Assembly: GCA_044892525.1 (NCBI GenBank)
Contig: CM097886.1
Span: 2,294,001-2,358,000 of the forward strand
Direction of reading: 5' to 3'
Length of the DNA stretch: 64,000 nucleotides
Origin: Schmidtea polychroa
Taxonomy: Eukaryota
Below are positions 50,349-62,659 of this stretch, piece after piece (the stretch's first letter is position 1; each line of letters starts with the position of its first letter). Position numbers and translations under genes: made by a program. Below the pieces are notes generated by a model. It saw only the letters and a list, made by a program, of their open reading frames with translations, did no database searches and had not been told where the DNA came from.

Positions 50349-53300
50349 TTAATAATATTAAACAAATAAATGATAAGTGGAAATTCTTAGAAATTTTTGA
50401 AACAAGTCGTCCGATTAGCACTGAGTCTTTAAAAATACCCACGTCCTACATTTCTGGAATCCATTACAAAGAAAGTTTCATTACTAACTCCTAATGTTGC
50501 CATCACTTCACTGCTAAATCGACATGGCCTAAACTAATTAACTTGATTATAAATCCATTTTCGTGAGCTTTACCAGTCAATACGTAAACCTACAAATTCA
50601 ACAGACTGGTTAAAAGTCTCCACATTCTTGAAGCATTTCAATATAGTTTTCTGGAACCAATCCAGTTTTATGGCATTCAGCTTTAAACTAATTAAGGTAA
50701 TTCTCTATATAGAAAATCCTTTTACAACATCAAACTCATCAGATTCCTTTTAATTAAAGTTATCAACTCCAATAGCTGTCATTTACTTTTTTATATTAAA
50801 TAAATTATAATACTTTAACCACTTTACACGCGGTCTCACACGGGTGTTGGTATTCAGAAATATCCTTTATACGCGGTGTTTAGCCCATGCGGGGATATGG
50901 AAATATGATTTAAACGCGGTCCAATATATAAATGTCATTGTATTTGTCTCGAATAGATTGTGGACTCTTTCAACATTTCATTTCAATTAAAAAAGGTTCA
51001 TATTTGAAAATTCATGTCACCGCTTATTTGTACTTAATTACATAAACTTCTATGCATATTTTTTTAAACCAAGATTAGATTCATTTTATCAACTTAGTAT
51101 GTGTTAAAATGGTGCCACGTGGCAATTAGCAGAATGTGAATGAACAAGTGATTGAAAAATTACATTTATTTTAACATCAAGAAATATTTTTAAATAGTTT
51201 GTAAAAAAATTTCCATAAATTTATCATTGAAAAATCATTCAATCTCACCATGCTCCAAGATATTTTATTCCGAGTACTTGGATAATGAGCACAATTATCT
51301 GGCTTCCGAATACAAAGAAAAATAAAAAGAAATTGAAGCTGCTATTATTTCTAAAAAATAATGACGATTTTAATAGATGCTCCAAGATACATAATTATTT
51401 ATAAAAATGATAAAATTCAATGATTTTTGTAGACATTCAATCCATATCAGTGCAATGCGTGTTGATGTGCCGATTATTTGATACGATTCATTAAATTATC
51501 TGTCGATTCCATGATTCCATAAATGCTGGTCAATATTTAATTTATGCTCTCTATTATCTGAGCCAAATCGCAATTAAAAATCAAAACAATAAAAATAATT
51601 TAATTTTTCAGTTTTCTGTTAGATAACAAGAATTACGTAATATTGTAAAAAATTATTAAATTTAACAAAAAATATTATTTAATTGAAATTTATAAATTAT
51701 TTAGTTTGATTTTTAAAAATTTTATGATTTTATTCGAATAACAAATTTAAAATCATTATATAGTTATTTGGTTTCTACCTGAACATGACAGCGAATGTGT
51801 CGAAATATATAGTTTAGGTGATGTTCGATTGGCGTTTTCAATAGCCAATCAATGTCAAATTTTCATTTGTTATAACAAGAATAAAAAGGTAGGATTGTTC
51901 GGGAAGGGGGCAAAAAAATTGACAATTATATTTTATTTAATGAAATATATCATATCTTTCCGAATCAGTTTTTGCTTGAAATAATCTTTCCAACATAATG
52001 CGATTGAAATGTTTTTGTAGCAGTTAAAATCTATTTTTGATTTGAATGTTCTCCAAAACCGCTCAATGAGTTCAGTATGAATGTTATTATCATCAAAATC
52101 GACAAACGCAATACGATGATTTATTCGATTATGGACATATTTGATGTCTGATAAGCCATTATACCCACCCCACCTATCAGTTATAATCGGTTTCTTCTAA
52201 CACGTTATTGATTATAAAATCATGGCAAGTTTCTCTCGTACGATTGCGTACTAAACAACACCGAACATTTTTAGTTCTTCTACAAAAAGCCCCGATCATT
52301 GATGAATTTAGGACCTATATCATTATGATTGAAAAAATTTGAGTGTGTGCTTGACAAGATAAGAAAAGAATACCAGATCAGATGCATATTAGTTATTGTG
52401 AGAATTGTGATTGTGATAACAGATAAATTTATTGTGTTGGGTCTTTCTCCTTTGAATATAAGGGACACATGGAGTCAGGCTAACCGAAGCACAAATTGAT
52501 TTCTGCTAATTTCTGAAGTAAATTGAAGATTTATTTCACCCGATATGTTCCTTACAATTCTTAAGGAATTTTTTTTTTTGTTTAAAGGAAATACATGTAT
52601 TTATATTCGTTTACGTATCTTCAAGAATTAATATTATTTTGCTGGTGCGCAATATTTCAGTTGTTGCGTGTTTGTTCGTGTTGAGCAGTTTGACGAATTT
52701 CGATTTGTATAGAGCAGTTAACAATTACTCCCTCTGTCCAAAAATGATAGTCCAGTTTGAATTTTTTGGCAATTTCTTTTATACGTAACAGTGATACTTA
52801 AAATGCAGTTTTGTTATTTGTTCATTCAATAAAATAAAATTATTTAATGTGTTTTTACTGTAAAAGGTTTTACAAAACCGTTCAATTTTTTATATTCTCT
52901 ATTAACAATCATTTTGGGGATAAGGCTAAAATGCAACTGGACTGTTGGGTTATTGAGTTGGTGACAATATTTCTAAATTCAAACCTTTAATCTGGCTCCA
53001 AAGCATGTTTATTAATTCGCAATTCAACACTCCCGAACACAATAAGCTTTATTAATATCCACAAGTAATAGTACAAATTTTAATTACAACCAATTAACTA
53101 ACAACCAATTTATCACACAGAGCTTATTTCGACACTATGTGAAGAACACCCCTTTCTGTAACCACAGCAATAATCACTAGCCGTCAACTACTCAATTGCA
53201 GAATATGTTGATCGATTGTTCTATTTGCTTTGACCACACAATTTATTTACTCCACTTTTACTTTATATTCAATTTTATAAAAGATTCTTGTCACTTCTCT

Positions 53301-55194
53301 TTTCACTTTGTTTTGATTCCCCTTTTTACTCTGTCGTCTCTAATTTTACTCTATTTTTTTGTCTCTAATTTCTTTTCGTTTTGCTCTCAATTTGTTCTGA
53401 TATAGTTGTTTGGTTTGTGGCACTGGTGACAGATTCTGTTTATCATTTTCCTTTTCCTCTACATCAGCCTTACCTCTGGCAGATGTCAAGATATTTTCCC
53501 ATTTTCCTTTTTTTGTTTTTCTGGAATTTGAAATTCCACCTTCATTTGTACTTCTTAATTAACAATGACCTTTGTTTTAATTTCTTGTTTGTTTCCTTTT
53601 ATTTGATTTATCTTTCTCATTTTTAATTTATTTTTACTTCTGTTTTATTTTCTGAGTTTTTATAAAGTTTTTATTTAATTTTTTCTTTAATACTTTCGGA
53701 TCGCCTTGATTCGGATTTGTTTTGGTTAGTCTATGTTTTTTGGTTATATTTGAGTACAATACGTCTTGCTATCTTTTATATTTTCTTTTATTTAGATGTT
53801 TTAACTTTTTTATGTGTTGGTGTTCTTAAATGTTTGGTTTTTTACTAAACTTAGTGCTGAGTTGCATGTTATGTCACTTTTAACGAAGTGATATAAAAAA
53901 ATGGAGAAATTGCTTGAGCTGACGGGAGATCAATGATATGTTGAAATAAACGGAGATCTCCAGGTGAAACCAGAAAGGTTGTCACCTTAGATTTTACCCC
54001 ATAACCGTCCTGCATACGCCACTAACTTGGATTGTACATGTTATCCATATCTATCCTTTACTGATATCATATTATTTGTCTATCCCATTTAATGCCATCA
54101 ATTTTGATTCGCGTTATTGAATATTTCCTATTATAATTATCAGCACAATATCCAATTTTTTATTTAATATAAATCTCGAAATTTTATTCCATTTGTAATT
54201 CCATCGCTAATTTATTTCACAATTTTTCTGCAAAGTATTTTAAAAAATTATAGATTTTTTTCTTATATATAATTGGTAAAAATTCCACTGGCAGAAAATT
54301 CGACGAATAGAAATACTCCGCAATAATCAGCAAAATAACAACATTGTTAATTATATGCATATTACGAGCAAAATAGAATCAATAAAAACGAATCAATAAT
54401 TAACAAATATTTTAACATATTCAGTATAATACTTAATATTTTATAAGTAGTATTTAGAAATCGGTTTTATTAAAGTAAAATTTTTTATTTATTAATTAAT
54501 TAATCAATAATAAATATGAACTTACTTAAAAGCCTTGTAAAGTGGCCGAAACCAGAAAACATATGAAAGTGGGACAAATAGAAAGAAGTAAAGCATTGAT
54601 AAACCAAACAAAGGTCCACTTTCGTCACCGAGGTTGACAGATATCATGTATGATAAAGCTCCAAATATGTTTATAAACAAAGTCACAGAATAGCAAATCC
54701 AGAGAATGAAGCCTAGTCTAACTATCAAACGATATTTTTCTGGAATTTCCACATCGATTGCTTGATAGAAACATGGTTTTATAGGACAGCATCGAGGAAT
54801 TGGAGGAAAGTTGTTCCTAGACGCTAGATGAACGTTTAAAATATCATGGTAATTATATTGCTTATTATTTCTACCAGCATATTCCGGTTGGTTAAATCTT
54901 TCTTCTTCTTCTGCAAGTCTTTTAGATCTCTCTTCTAAATCTCGTTGCATTTTTTCTAAATCTTCCACAGTTACTTTAGGCTTAGCTACCGGAGTTGCTT
55001 CTGTTGGCAAAATAGCCGGTTCATTATTAAATGGCTCGTAATCATCGATGACATTTGTCTTTACTGTTGGTTGAAAATTTTGTGAACTTTTTGGTTTTTC
55101 TTGGGTATATGTATCAGGAATCTATTAAATAATTACAAATTTAAATTTAAATTCATAAGTATAATACACTGAATGGATTAAATGAATCGCTCAT
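49722..55194 (-). CDS. SCAMP: Secretory carrier membrane protein; exons 55194-55168, 55121-54526, [unlocated], 49959-49722
   Basis: MSDSFNPFS start, NNFPPIP..IKPCFYQAIDVEIP, WFRPLYKAFK and GWIVSF...YFRTTGGSLQKAKEEF. The exon carrying xDSS and TM3 was not found. Confidence 0.9.
50380..50782 (-). pseudogene. GRB2/Sem-5-like SH3-SH2 adaptor pseudogene inside the SCAMP intron
   Basis: MTAIGVDNFN*KESDEFDVVKG...ENYLN*FKAECHKTGLVPENYIEML resembles the GRB2 N-SH3 (NWYKAE...GFIPKNYIEM). It is followed by KWIY...ETFFVMDSRNVGRGYF*RLS, which is SH2-like. Several stops and frameshifts. Confidence 0.55.
51950..52470 (-). mobile_element. Merlin (IS1595/ISXO2-like) transposase remnant
   Basis: IG.FCRRTKNVRCCLVRNRTRET and, after a frameshift, IITDRWGGYNGL..YVHNRINHRIAFVD....IHTELIERFWRTFK. 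Confidence 0.75.
52943..53850 (-). mobile_element. LTR (~52943-53165) plus truncated internal sequence, related to the element at 3385
   Basis: Starts tgttgggttattgagttggtg (19 bp shared with ~3385). Minus-strand AATAAA, followed by the same T-rich tract. Abuts a mariner/Stowaway-like MITE start (tactccctctgtcc, ~52726). Confidence 0.55.
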
Positions 55195-56039
55195 TTTAAA
55201 GATATTTCAAATTTTTAACTTAATTTTCAAAAAATTTATTTGAATAGAAATTAGCGCATTTATTTTCTAGTAAATTTAAGTAGGAAGACCAATTAAATTG
55301 AGCGCGTTTAGAGTTAATTTAAAGTGTATATTTAAAGAAAGCATTTAAAATTGAAGTATAATAGTTTATTTACAAATTTCATTGTAGTATGATAAGAAGT
55401 CATCCATAACTAATTCTTAAATTTATAATAAATTTTTGTAATTATTAGTATTAATAAAATTAATAAAAAATAAGAATAATTAGGTTTTGCATTATTGCTT
55501 AACCGTTTCAATAAATTAAATTAACAACTGTTCTAAAGAATTGATATTTTGAAAATTAGATTTTATAAACTTTTTTGTAGAATCTTACGGAAATAAATTT
55601 TTAGATTTGTTATTTTTGAATTCTGTTTGCGTTAATCTGCATTTAATAGAAACAACGAATGGTAGTGAGATGTTTGCTTTCCAGAGAAGAAATCGCGGAG
55701 TTATTGAGCTTTGTTATTTCTACATCATACTCCAAGAAATCTTTTTGCATCTGGTAATTTTAAATTCTAAAGACGCACGGAACTTTTAATATAAAACATA
55801 ATGTTGGTATAAGAAAGCCCAGCAACGAAAATTAAGCATAAAATAATTAAAATGAGTAAAACAATTTGCTAGTAAGTCGATCCGAAGCCACAAAACATAG
55901 AAACCACTTGCAGCTATTTAAATAAACGAAAAATACCAAGTAAACCATTGGTGAGTTACATGTGGAAAGAATCTTTCACTTTCGACACTTTCGCTATATT
56001 CAATTTCCCATAGAAACTGTGCCTAATCATTTTAATCCA

Positions 56040-56190
56040 CGACTAAACGCCTATCGCAAGTGACGTTGGTACTGCGATTTAGTGGTGGCTGTTTGAAAAA
56101 TGTGAGCTCTACCCTAAAAACTGCAATGAGTCGACCAGCCTCTGGATTCACGATCAACCGTAGAATGTATAGAGCTCCATTTTTCTCTTT
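56040..56190 (+). pseudogene. Unknown family ORF-C fragment, highly diverged
   Basis: CGTTGGTACTGC (RWYC) at 56064-56075, then gtgagc and KNCNESTSLWIH, compared with ..CN..SSTLWVH in copy E. Confidence 0.45.
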
Positions 56191-58829
56191 TCTCTTTATC
56201 ATTTTAAATTTCACTGAACCTCTTACTTGTTAGCAACTACTCCGTACTATCCTGTCAGAATTTCTCTTGCAAACGACTTTCAAAGAGTTCAAAAAATGCG
56301 AGATAATGTGACAAGAGCTGTCTGTTTAATTATTTCCGTACCATAGACTCTGCTCGCTCTTGTTTCCGAGCGGCTTCTGACGTATATCGAGCTACGTCCT
56401 CTCGAAATTTTTTCATTTTGTTCAGTGCAATTAGATTTATTAAATTTATATTAATGTCGCAGATGGTATTTTTACTGCATTCCACATTTTCTATAAGGAA
56501 ATATTAATTAATAATAGTATTATTTATTTTGACTGTTAAAAGATTTCATGATCACTAAAAACATTCAGAATTGTGTTTTGATTTACAAAATTTATAGTTA
56601 TAAAAACTATTTTATTGATAGATTTTTTGGAGTAGTTTAAATTTACTTATTTCTTTATATAAGTTACAAATTCCTACCGATCAAAGACAATTGTTCGTTC
56701 CACTTTATTATTATGTTGTTTTTCTCATAGAATCTTATTATCAACAAAACTGTTAAACGAGAATAGATGAATGGTAAACTTTGATTTAAACTTTTAAAAT
56801 GAAGTACAAAATTTCTCTTTCTCTAATTTTTTCTTAGATTGACCTCCTGCTTTCTTTTCGACCATCTTGCAGTCATCTTTCCAGTTAATGTTTCTTTGCA
56901 TAAAAAGTTAAATAGACCAGAAACTGGAATTCTTTTTAGCTGATCAAAGAATAATTGAATCTGAAAGAAAAGTTTTTGTACCTGTTTATAAATATTTTAA
57001 ATACATAAAAAGATTAAATAATATAATATGCTTATTTGTTTTTATAGATTTATAAAAATAAATTTGACCTATAAAATCATTAATCAATTCACAAATTTTT
57101 ACTCTTTTTCTTTTCGTTTATTCGAGAACCCACTTCTGGAAGCATACTGTTGGGCTAGAACTGATTTTTAGACCCAAAATACTAATTGTGACTGAAATGT
57201 GTAGGTACACAGCAAGTAAAAAAGCACCAAGTATAGTTAAATAGTAAAAATACACCAAATAAACAATATTAATTAAAGGAGAAAACAACAAAAGCATAAA
57301 CACAAAAATTAAATAAAATTATACAAGAGCAAGAAGTTATGCAAAATCTAACTCAAAAATAACCGAATAAACATAGAGTTATAAAAAACAAACTCGAATA
57401 ACTTAAAAGATGGTAAAAACAGTAAAAGATTCCAGAAAAACCCAGAAAATTCCATAAAAATGGCGATGACCATCATAAAAGCTACCTTAAACAGTAAAAG
57501 TTAGAAAAATAAATAAATTAGTAATAAAAATAAAAATTCTTAAAAAGAAATTCGTAAAACATCAATTAAAATAAAAATTAAATTAAAAGTAATATAGAAT
57601 GTTCTGGAACCGTTCCAAATCCATCATGGACGTAAAATTAATGAAAAATAATTAAAAATTTGAACTTTAGAAATAAAAACAAAAATTATGGCACAAAAAT
57701 TGCCAATAAAAATATCAAAATCGCGAAATAGAAAATTCTGGAATAAAAAGAATTCGAGTTTATTTTAATGCATCAATACATACACGTGTACAAAAAAGGT
57801 ATATATACTGACACGTTTCAGTCACAAGGATCACTTTTTATGCCAATATTTTTTTGAACGAAAATTTTGTCCAGAAAACTAATAGTAAGTAGTTTTTCCT
57901 TTTTGATGTTCATCATTTTCATCATTGATATTAGTATTTTTATGTTTTGATTCATTAATGTAAATTGTTTTAATGATTTTAATTGATTTTAATCCTCTAC
58001 CTAACTTGTTTTTACCTTTTTGACTAATCAGCGACGTCTTAGTGCGTCGCTATTTAGTCCTGCATTTGATATTGATTTTTAACTAACAATTTCACAGGCA
58101 GACAGGCAATATCTTTTATATATTTTTTTTGTTCGGTCATCGGAGGTCGGCCACTTCATGGTTCTACAATGGAGTTGTGTCGATAAAACCCCTCCGCTAT
58201 GGCTCCATATATTTATTTATCGGTCGACAGTGATGTTTCGACTCAACATTACAATAGGGCTTGTCGTAGCGGTCACAGTGGGGCCGTGTAAGCAAGCATT
58301 CTTCCCGAGTTCCAATGCAGTACACATTTAAAATCAACATTAAAAATTTCACACACTACTTCACACTAGGATCATAATTGAGTAGATCTCAGACCCAAAT
58401 TAAACACAGCAATTACAATTCAGTTAATGTAGTCGGTTGGGACCTCCCCACTTAGGTGTTGGACGAACATCGTTAGTAAATAAAAACTTTTTATCAATTA
58501 AAATTATAACTATAGATTATTTATAAAAGGAAAAAATTTATAAATTACAAAATGGAATTTGTATATAAAGTGTAAATTAAAAACATCCTATAACCATGAA
58601 TTCTAGATTATCTCATAAAATATAATCCTATGCTAAGTTCGAACCCTGGCTTATATATATGAGCGGCTATGTATAGATTATATATGCACGATGATAATAC
58701 AATACAGGCCTTAAACATAAGATACGACCTATAATTGGTAACTCTATCTCGATTATTAAGTGTAAATGATAAGTGGTTATCTTAATTATAAAAATACAAT
58801 CTAAAAAGAATTATACATAAAATTTTTAT

Positions 58830-60100
58830 TACAGAAATATAATTTATAAATGGTGATATATAACTTTGAATTTAAAATATAAAGTATAAATACTTATGGG
58901 AAATTATTAAACTATAATCTATAAAGAATTATACCCAAAATTTTATAAGAATATAAGTTCTCAATAGTTTTATGCAAATCCGAGTTTGAAAATATAACAT
59001 ATAAATGGTTATATGTAAATTACCAATGTATCTTGATTATACAATTCGATCTACAAATGATTGTGCAAAAATTTTTTGGCCATGAAAATATAATTTCTAA
59101 ATAGTTAGGTATGAATTTATATTTAGGGATATGAATCATAGATAGTTACATATAATCCTATATATACTTGGACCTTAAAAATATAAACTATAAATAGTTA
59201 GGAAAAAATTTTTTTTTACTTATAAAAATGTAAATTATAAATAATTATATAAAAATTTTTGATTATAAAATATAAAGTATAAATAGTTATATATAAATAA
59301 ATAGTTATATATAAATTGTGTACGGATATGGATCATAAAAATATAAACTATAAATAGTTAGGAGTAAATTTTACTTATAAAAATATAAATTATAATTAAT
59401 TATATAAAATTTTTGATCATAAAATATAAAGTATAAATGGTCATATATAAACAGTTATAAATAGTTATATATACATTATATACGGATATCGATCATAAAA
59501 ATATACTCTATAAAAAGGTACGAATAAATTTTATTTATAAAAAATAAATTATAAATAATTATATAAAAATTTTTTTTGATTATGAAATATAAAGTATAAA
59601 TAGTTATATATAAGTAGTTACAAATAGTTATATATAAATTATATACAGTATCGATCATGGGTCATAAAAATATACTCTATAAAAAGTTACAAATAAATTT
59701 TACTTATAAAAATATAAATTATAAATAATTATGTGAAAATTTTTTGATTATAAAATATAAAGTATAAATAGTTATAAATCGTTATATATAAATTATATAC
59801 AGTTATTGATCATGAAAATATAATCTATAAATAGTTACGAATAAACTTTTCTTATGAAAACATCAATTATAAATAATTATATAAAAATTTTGATTATAAA
59901 ATATAAAGTATAAATGATTATATTTAAATTATAAACGTATATCGACCATAGAAATATAATCTGTAAATAGTTATGAATAGATTTTACGTACAAAATATAA
60001 ATTATAAATGATTATATATGAATTTTGATTGTAAATAGTTGATTATAAATTATATAGGTATATTGATGGTTACGATTTAATTTTACAAAAATATCAACTA
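58830..60100. repeat. Very AT-rich composite satellite (~140-150 bp higher-order unit built from ataaa-type subrepeats)
   Basis: Repeated blocks aaaatataaagtataaatagttatatataaa and gatcataaaaatata. Confidence 0.85.
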
Positions 60101-60970
60101 TAAGGGATTTTATATAAACTTGGATTGTAACAATATAATTTATAATTGGTAATATATGATACTGCATTACAAAGTAGTTCCAACAATTATCAGCATAAAA
60201 TTAGTTCTCTATCACAAAATTTAACTTACCTTGACAGTTGAAAAATTGTATATCCAAGCATTCAGTGTACAAATGTAACAGTAGAATCCCAACTGAAATA
60301 CCCAGCCATGATCAGGCTAATAATCTCCTTTGGAAGGAAAACTACAGGGTGAACGTTACCGATGCAAACTCGGCACTGAATCTGCATGAAAATTGGGCAT
60401 AAATCCACGATTGTAATATCACCGTAGCATGGATATTGAACTGATCCGGAGATAAAACAAACAACCAAAAATTTATAATAAGATGGTCACCCTGAACACG
60501 ACAACCCCGTCTAAGTGAGGATGAGGTGGGAAACCAAGTTCCAACAGCTCACCCAGCACCGACGGAGCTGGTTGATTCAGAGGTCAAATTCAATTAACCT
60601 AAAATAAAATCTTATGTCAATGACATAACAAACTTTAAAAATGAATCATAAAATATCAATAATTAGATTAAATAAACAAAGTGAGATTTATTAATGATTT
60701 ATTTTTTTTTTAAAAAAAGTTGAATTGCTGAATTAACCCTGTCAAATAGGATTAGATCTTCAGAAATTAATTTTGGTATTATTTTTATTTAGCCATGGGT
60801 TTAGTGAGTTTTCGGCGGCACTGATCTAACAGTGGGAAAAGGGAAATTTTTTTTTATTTGATAAATTATATAACGGATTAATAACCGAGATTTAAATTAA
60901 TATACGCTCCATTCAGCAAAAGCAATCATTCCCCTACAAAAATCTCTTTTAATTGGGTTTATTTGGCAGA

Positions 60971-61333
60971 ATGTCCCAATCAAGCGAATCCGACGAAGTC
61001 GAATACCGGCAGATGATAACACGGCTCCGGACCCGGTACATATGGTATCGGATACACGACTGGAACCGGGGGTTGGACCTCGATAATTATGGTCCGGTCA
61101 TCCGAAGTGGCCCAGAACCCGATGCCCCGGCGTGGGTGAAAGTAGAGCCCACCAACAACGTGCTCCGGGAAGCCCGCAATCGAGCGGCCGATGAGGTGGT
61201 GGAGGCCCAAAAGCGGCTGAGGAGACTCGAGCTCCAACTCAAAGCCGAAACACTGGGGGTAACTCTTGAAGAGCTGGAGGAGACCGACACCCCTCCACGA
61301 AAACGGGGAAGGCCCCGCAAGAACCTGGCCTAA
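60971..61333 (+). CDS. Unknown family ORF-A, copy E: 120-aa protein with a coiled coil and a C-terminal AT-hook
   Basis: Intact ATG-to-TAA ORF, visibly GC-richer than the host genes, ending PPRKRGRPRKNLA (canonical RGRP AT-hook core). Confidence 0.7.
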   Translation: MSQSSESDEVEYRQMITRLRTRYIWYRIHDWNRGLDLDNYGPVIRSGPEPDAPAWVKVEPTNNVLREARNRAADEVVEAQKRLRRLELQLKAETLGVTLEELEETDTPPRKRGRPRKNLA

Positions 61334-61647
61334 CTCATCGACAGTCGCGGCTTGAATGGAATGGTTTTGACTGATTTCATCCAGTGATATTTTACCTTGT
61401 AGTAGCATAACGAATTGTATTTTTCTTTTGTTCATTAAATCTTGACAATATAGTCTATCGTGTATCTTCGTAGTGCAATAAATTAATTTTTATTTTGCTA
61501 TTACATTTTGAACTTTATAGCTAATGGGGTGTATTCATGATTGAGGTGCCCCTTTTCTCATCACCCACTTATTAATTTCATGCACGTACTCTAACCAACT
61601 TTGCGCACCTGGATGCGAGCGATGGAATTTATTATTATTTTCCTTCA

Positions 61648-62133
61648 GTGTACCAGTTACTTGAAAATCTACGAAAGGACCGCGAACAGGCCCAGCAACA
61701 ATCCGAGGGTCTCCGAGGTCGGGTCGAAAAACTCAAGCTGAAGTATCGAGAACTCCAAGGTACTTGGTTCAGTCCAGCCGAGATGAAGAAACGGACGACC
61801 CACATCTCGCAACTCCAGACCCAGGCGGAGCAAGACCAACTCGAGATTCGAGCGTTGAAGCTACAAGTACGCTCGCTCGAGAGCAAATTGAATGAAAAAC
61901 TCATCCAGGACACCCTCCAAGAGCAGATTCGACCTCTTCAGGTGGAGTTAACCAAAATATACCCACCAGCCCAGACAAGCAAGCCGAAACGTAAACGGCT
62001 CGGGCGGAATACCCGCGACAAATTGAAAAGGGCCTGGCTGGCCGAGCAGGAGAAGTTGAAAGAGACTGAAGCCAATCCACGACCCCGAGAGACGTTCGAG
62101 AGTGCGACCCTCCTGGGTAAACAAACTTTGTAA
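61648..62133 (+). CDS. Unknown family ORF-B, copy E (intact frame, probably entered by splicing)
   Basis: 161 codons without a stop, containing QGTWFSPAEMKKR and KPKRKRLGRN. No ATG at the start, but preceded by the acceptor-like ttatttccttcag. Confidence 0.75.
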   Translation: MYQLLENLRKDREQAQQQSEGLRGRVEKLKLKYRELQGTWFSPAEMKKRTTHISQLQTQAEQDQLEIRALKLQVRSLESKLNEKLIQDTLQEQIRPLQVELTKIYPPAQTSKPKRKRLGRNTRDKLKRAWLAEQEKLKETEANPRPRETFESATLLGKQTL

Positions 62134-62166
62134 CATAGTAGTGGTTTAATAAATAATTCTTGTTGT

Positions 62167-62620
62167 TTAACGAGTATGTGATTGAACTTTGCGGTTGTTT
62201 AAAACAAGAGGATGGGTAGAAAGGCGTTTGGGGAAAAACAATCTCGATGAGGGACCGAAACAAATCGGACATGTGCCTTCTATCGGCGTCCGTGAACCCA
62301 TAGAGTGCTCGACAATTACAGTGCTTGACGCGCTCACTTTTTGCGAGTACTCAACCCCTTGGTACAGTACCAACGTTGATTGCTCAACGGGTACCAGGAG
62401 GAAAACAACGTTGTATTCTGGGTTACGCTGGTAACAGCACTTAAAGATTCAACCACCAGTAACCCACCAATACTTTCTTTGCGAAACTGTCATTCTTTGC
62501 TATATTCTTCATTGGCTTTCTTCATGGATTCTGATTGCTCGCTCTTATCACTTATCTATGTCATTTTGTGTTCTTCCAAGATGTTATTAGTAGCCAGTCG
62601 GGAAACAAAAAATTCGAGGT
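62167..62620 (-). pseudogene. Unknown family ORF-C, copy E, convergent with ORF-B
   Basis: SAVTSVTQNTTLFSSWYPLSNQRWYCTKGLSTRKK*...SSTLWVH...EGTCPICFGP. Confidence 0.55.
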
Positions 62621-62659
62621 TTCCCTATCGTACTTTTCTCCGCTTGACCACTCGAAGTA

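Noticed and set aside
58830-60100. Regular repeats considered as a CRISPR-like array
   Set aside because: The context is eukaryotic, there are no unique spacers and no cas genes. It is a degenerate satellite.
60228-60470. Minus-strand exon-like stretch resembling either GPCR TM3 (SWIYAQFSCRF...SVTFTL*FSFQRRLLA) or a TLC-domain motif (AGYFSWD), ending at a gtaagt donor
   Set aside because: The two resemblances are in different frames, each is short and interrupted by stops, and no partner exons were found.
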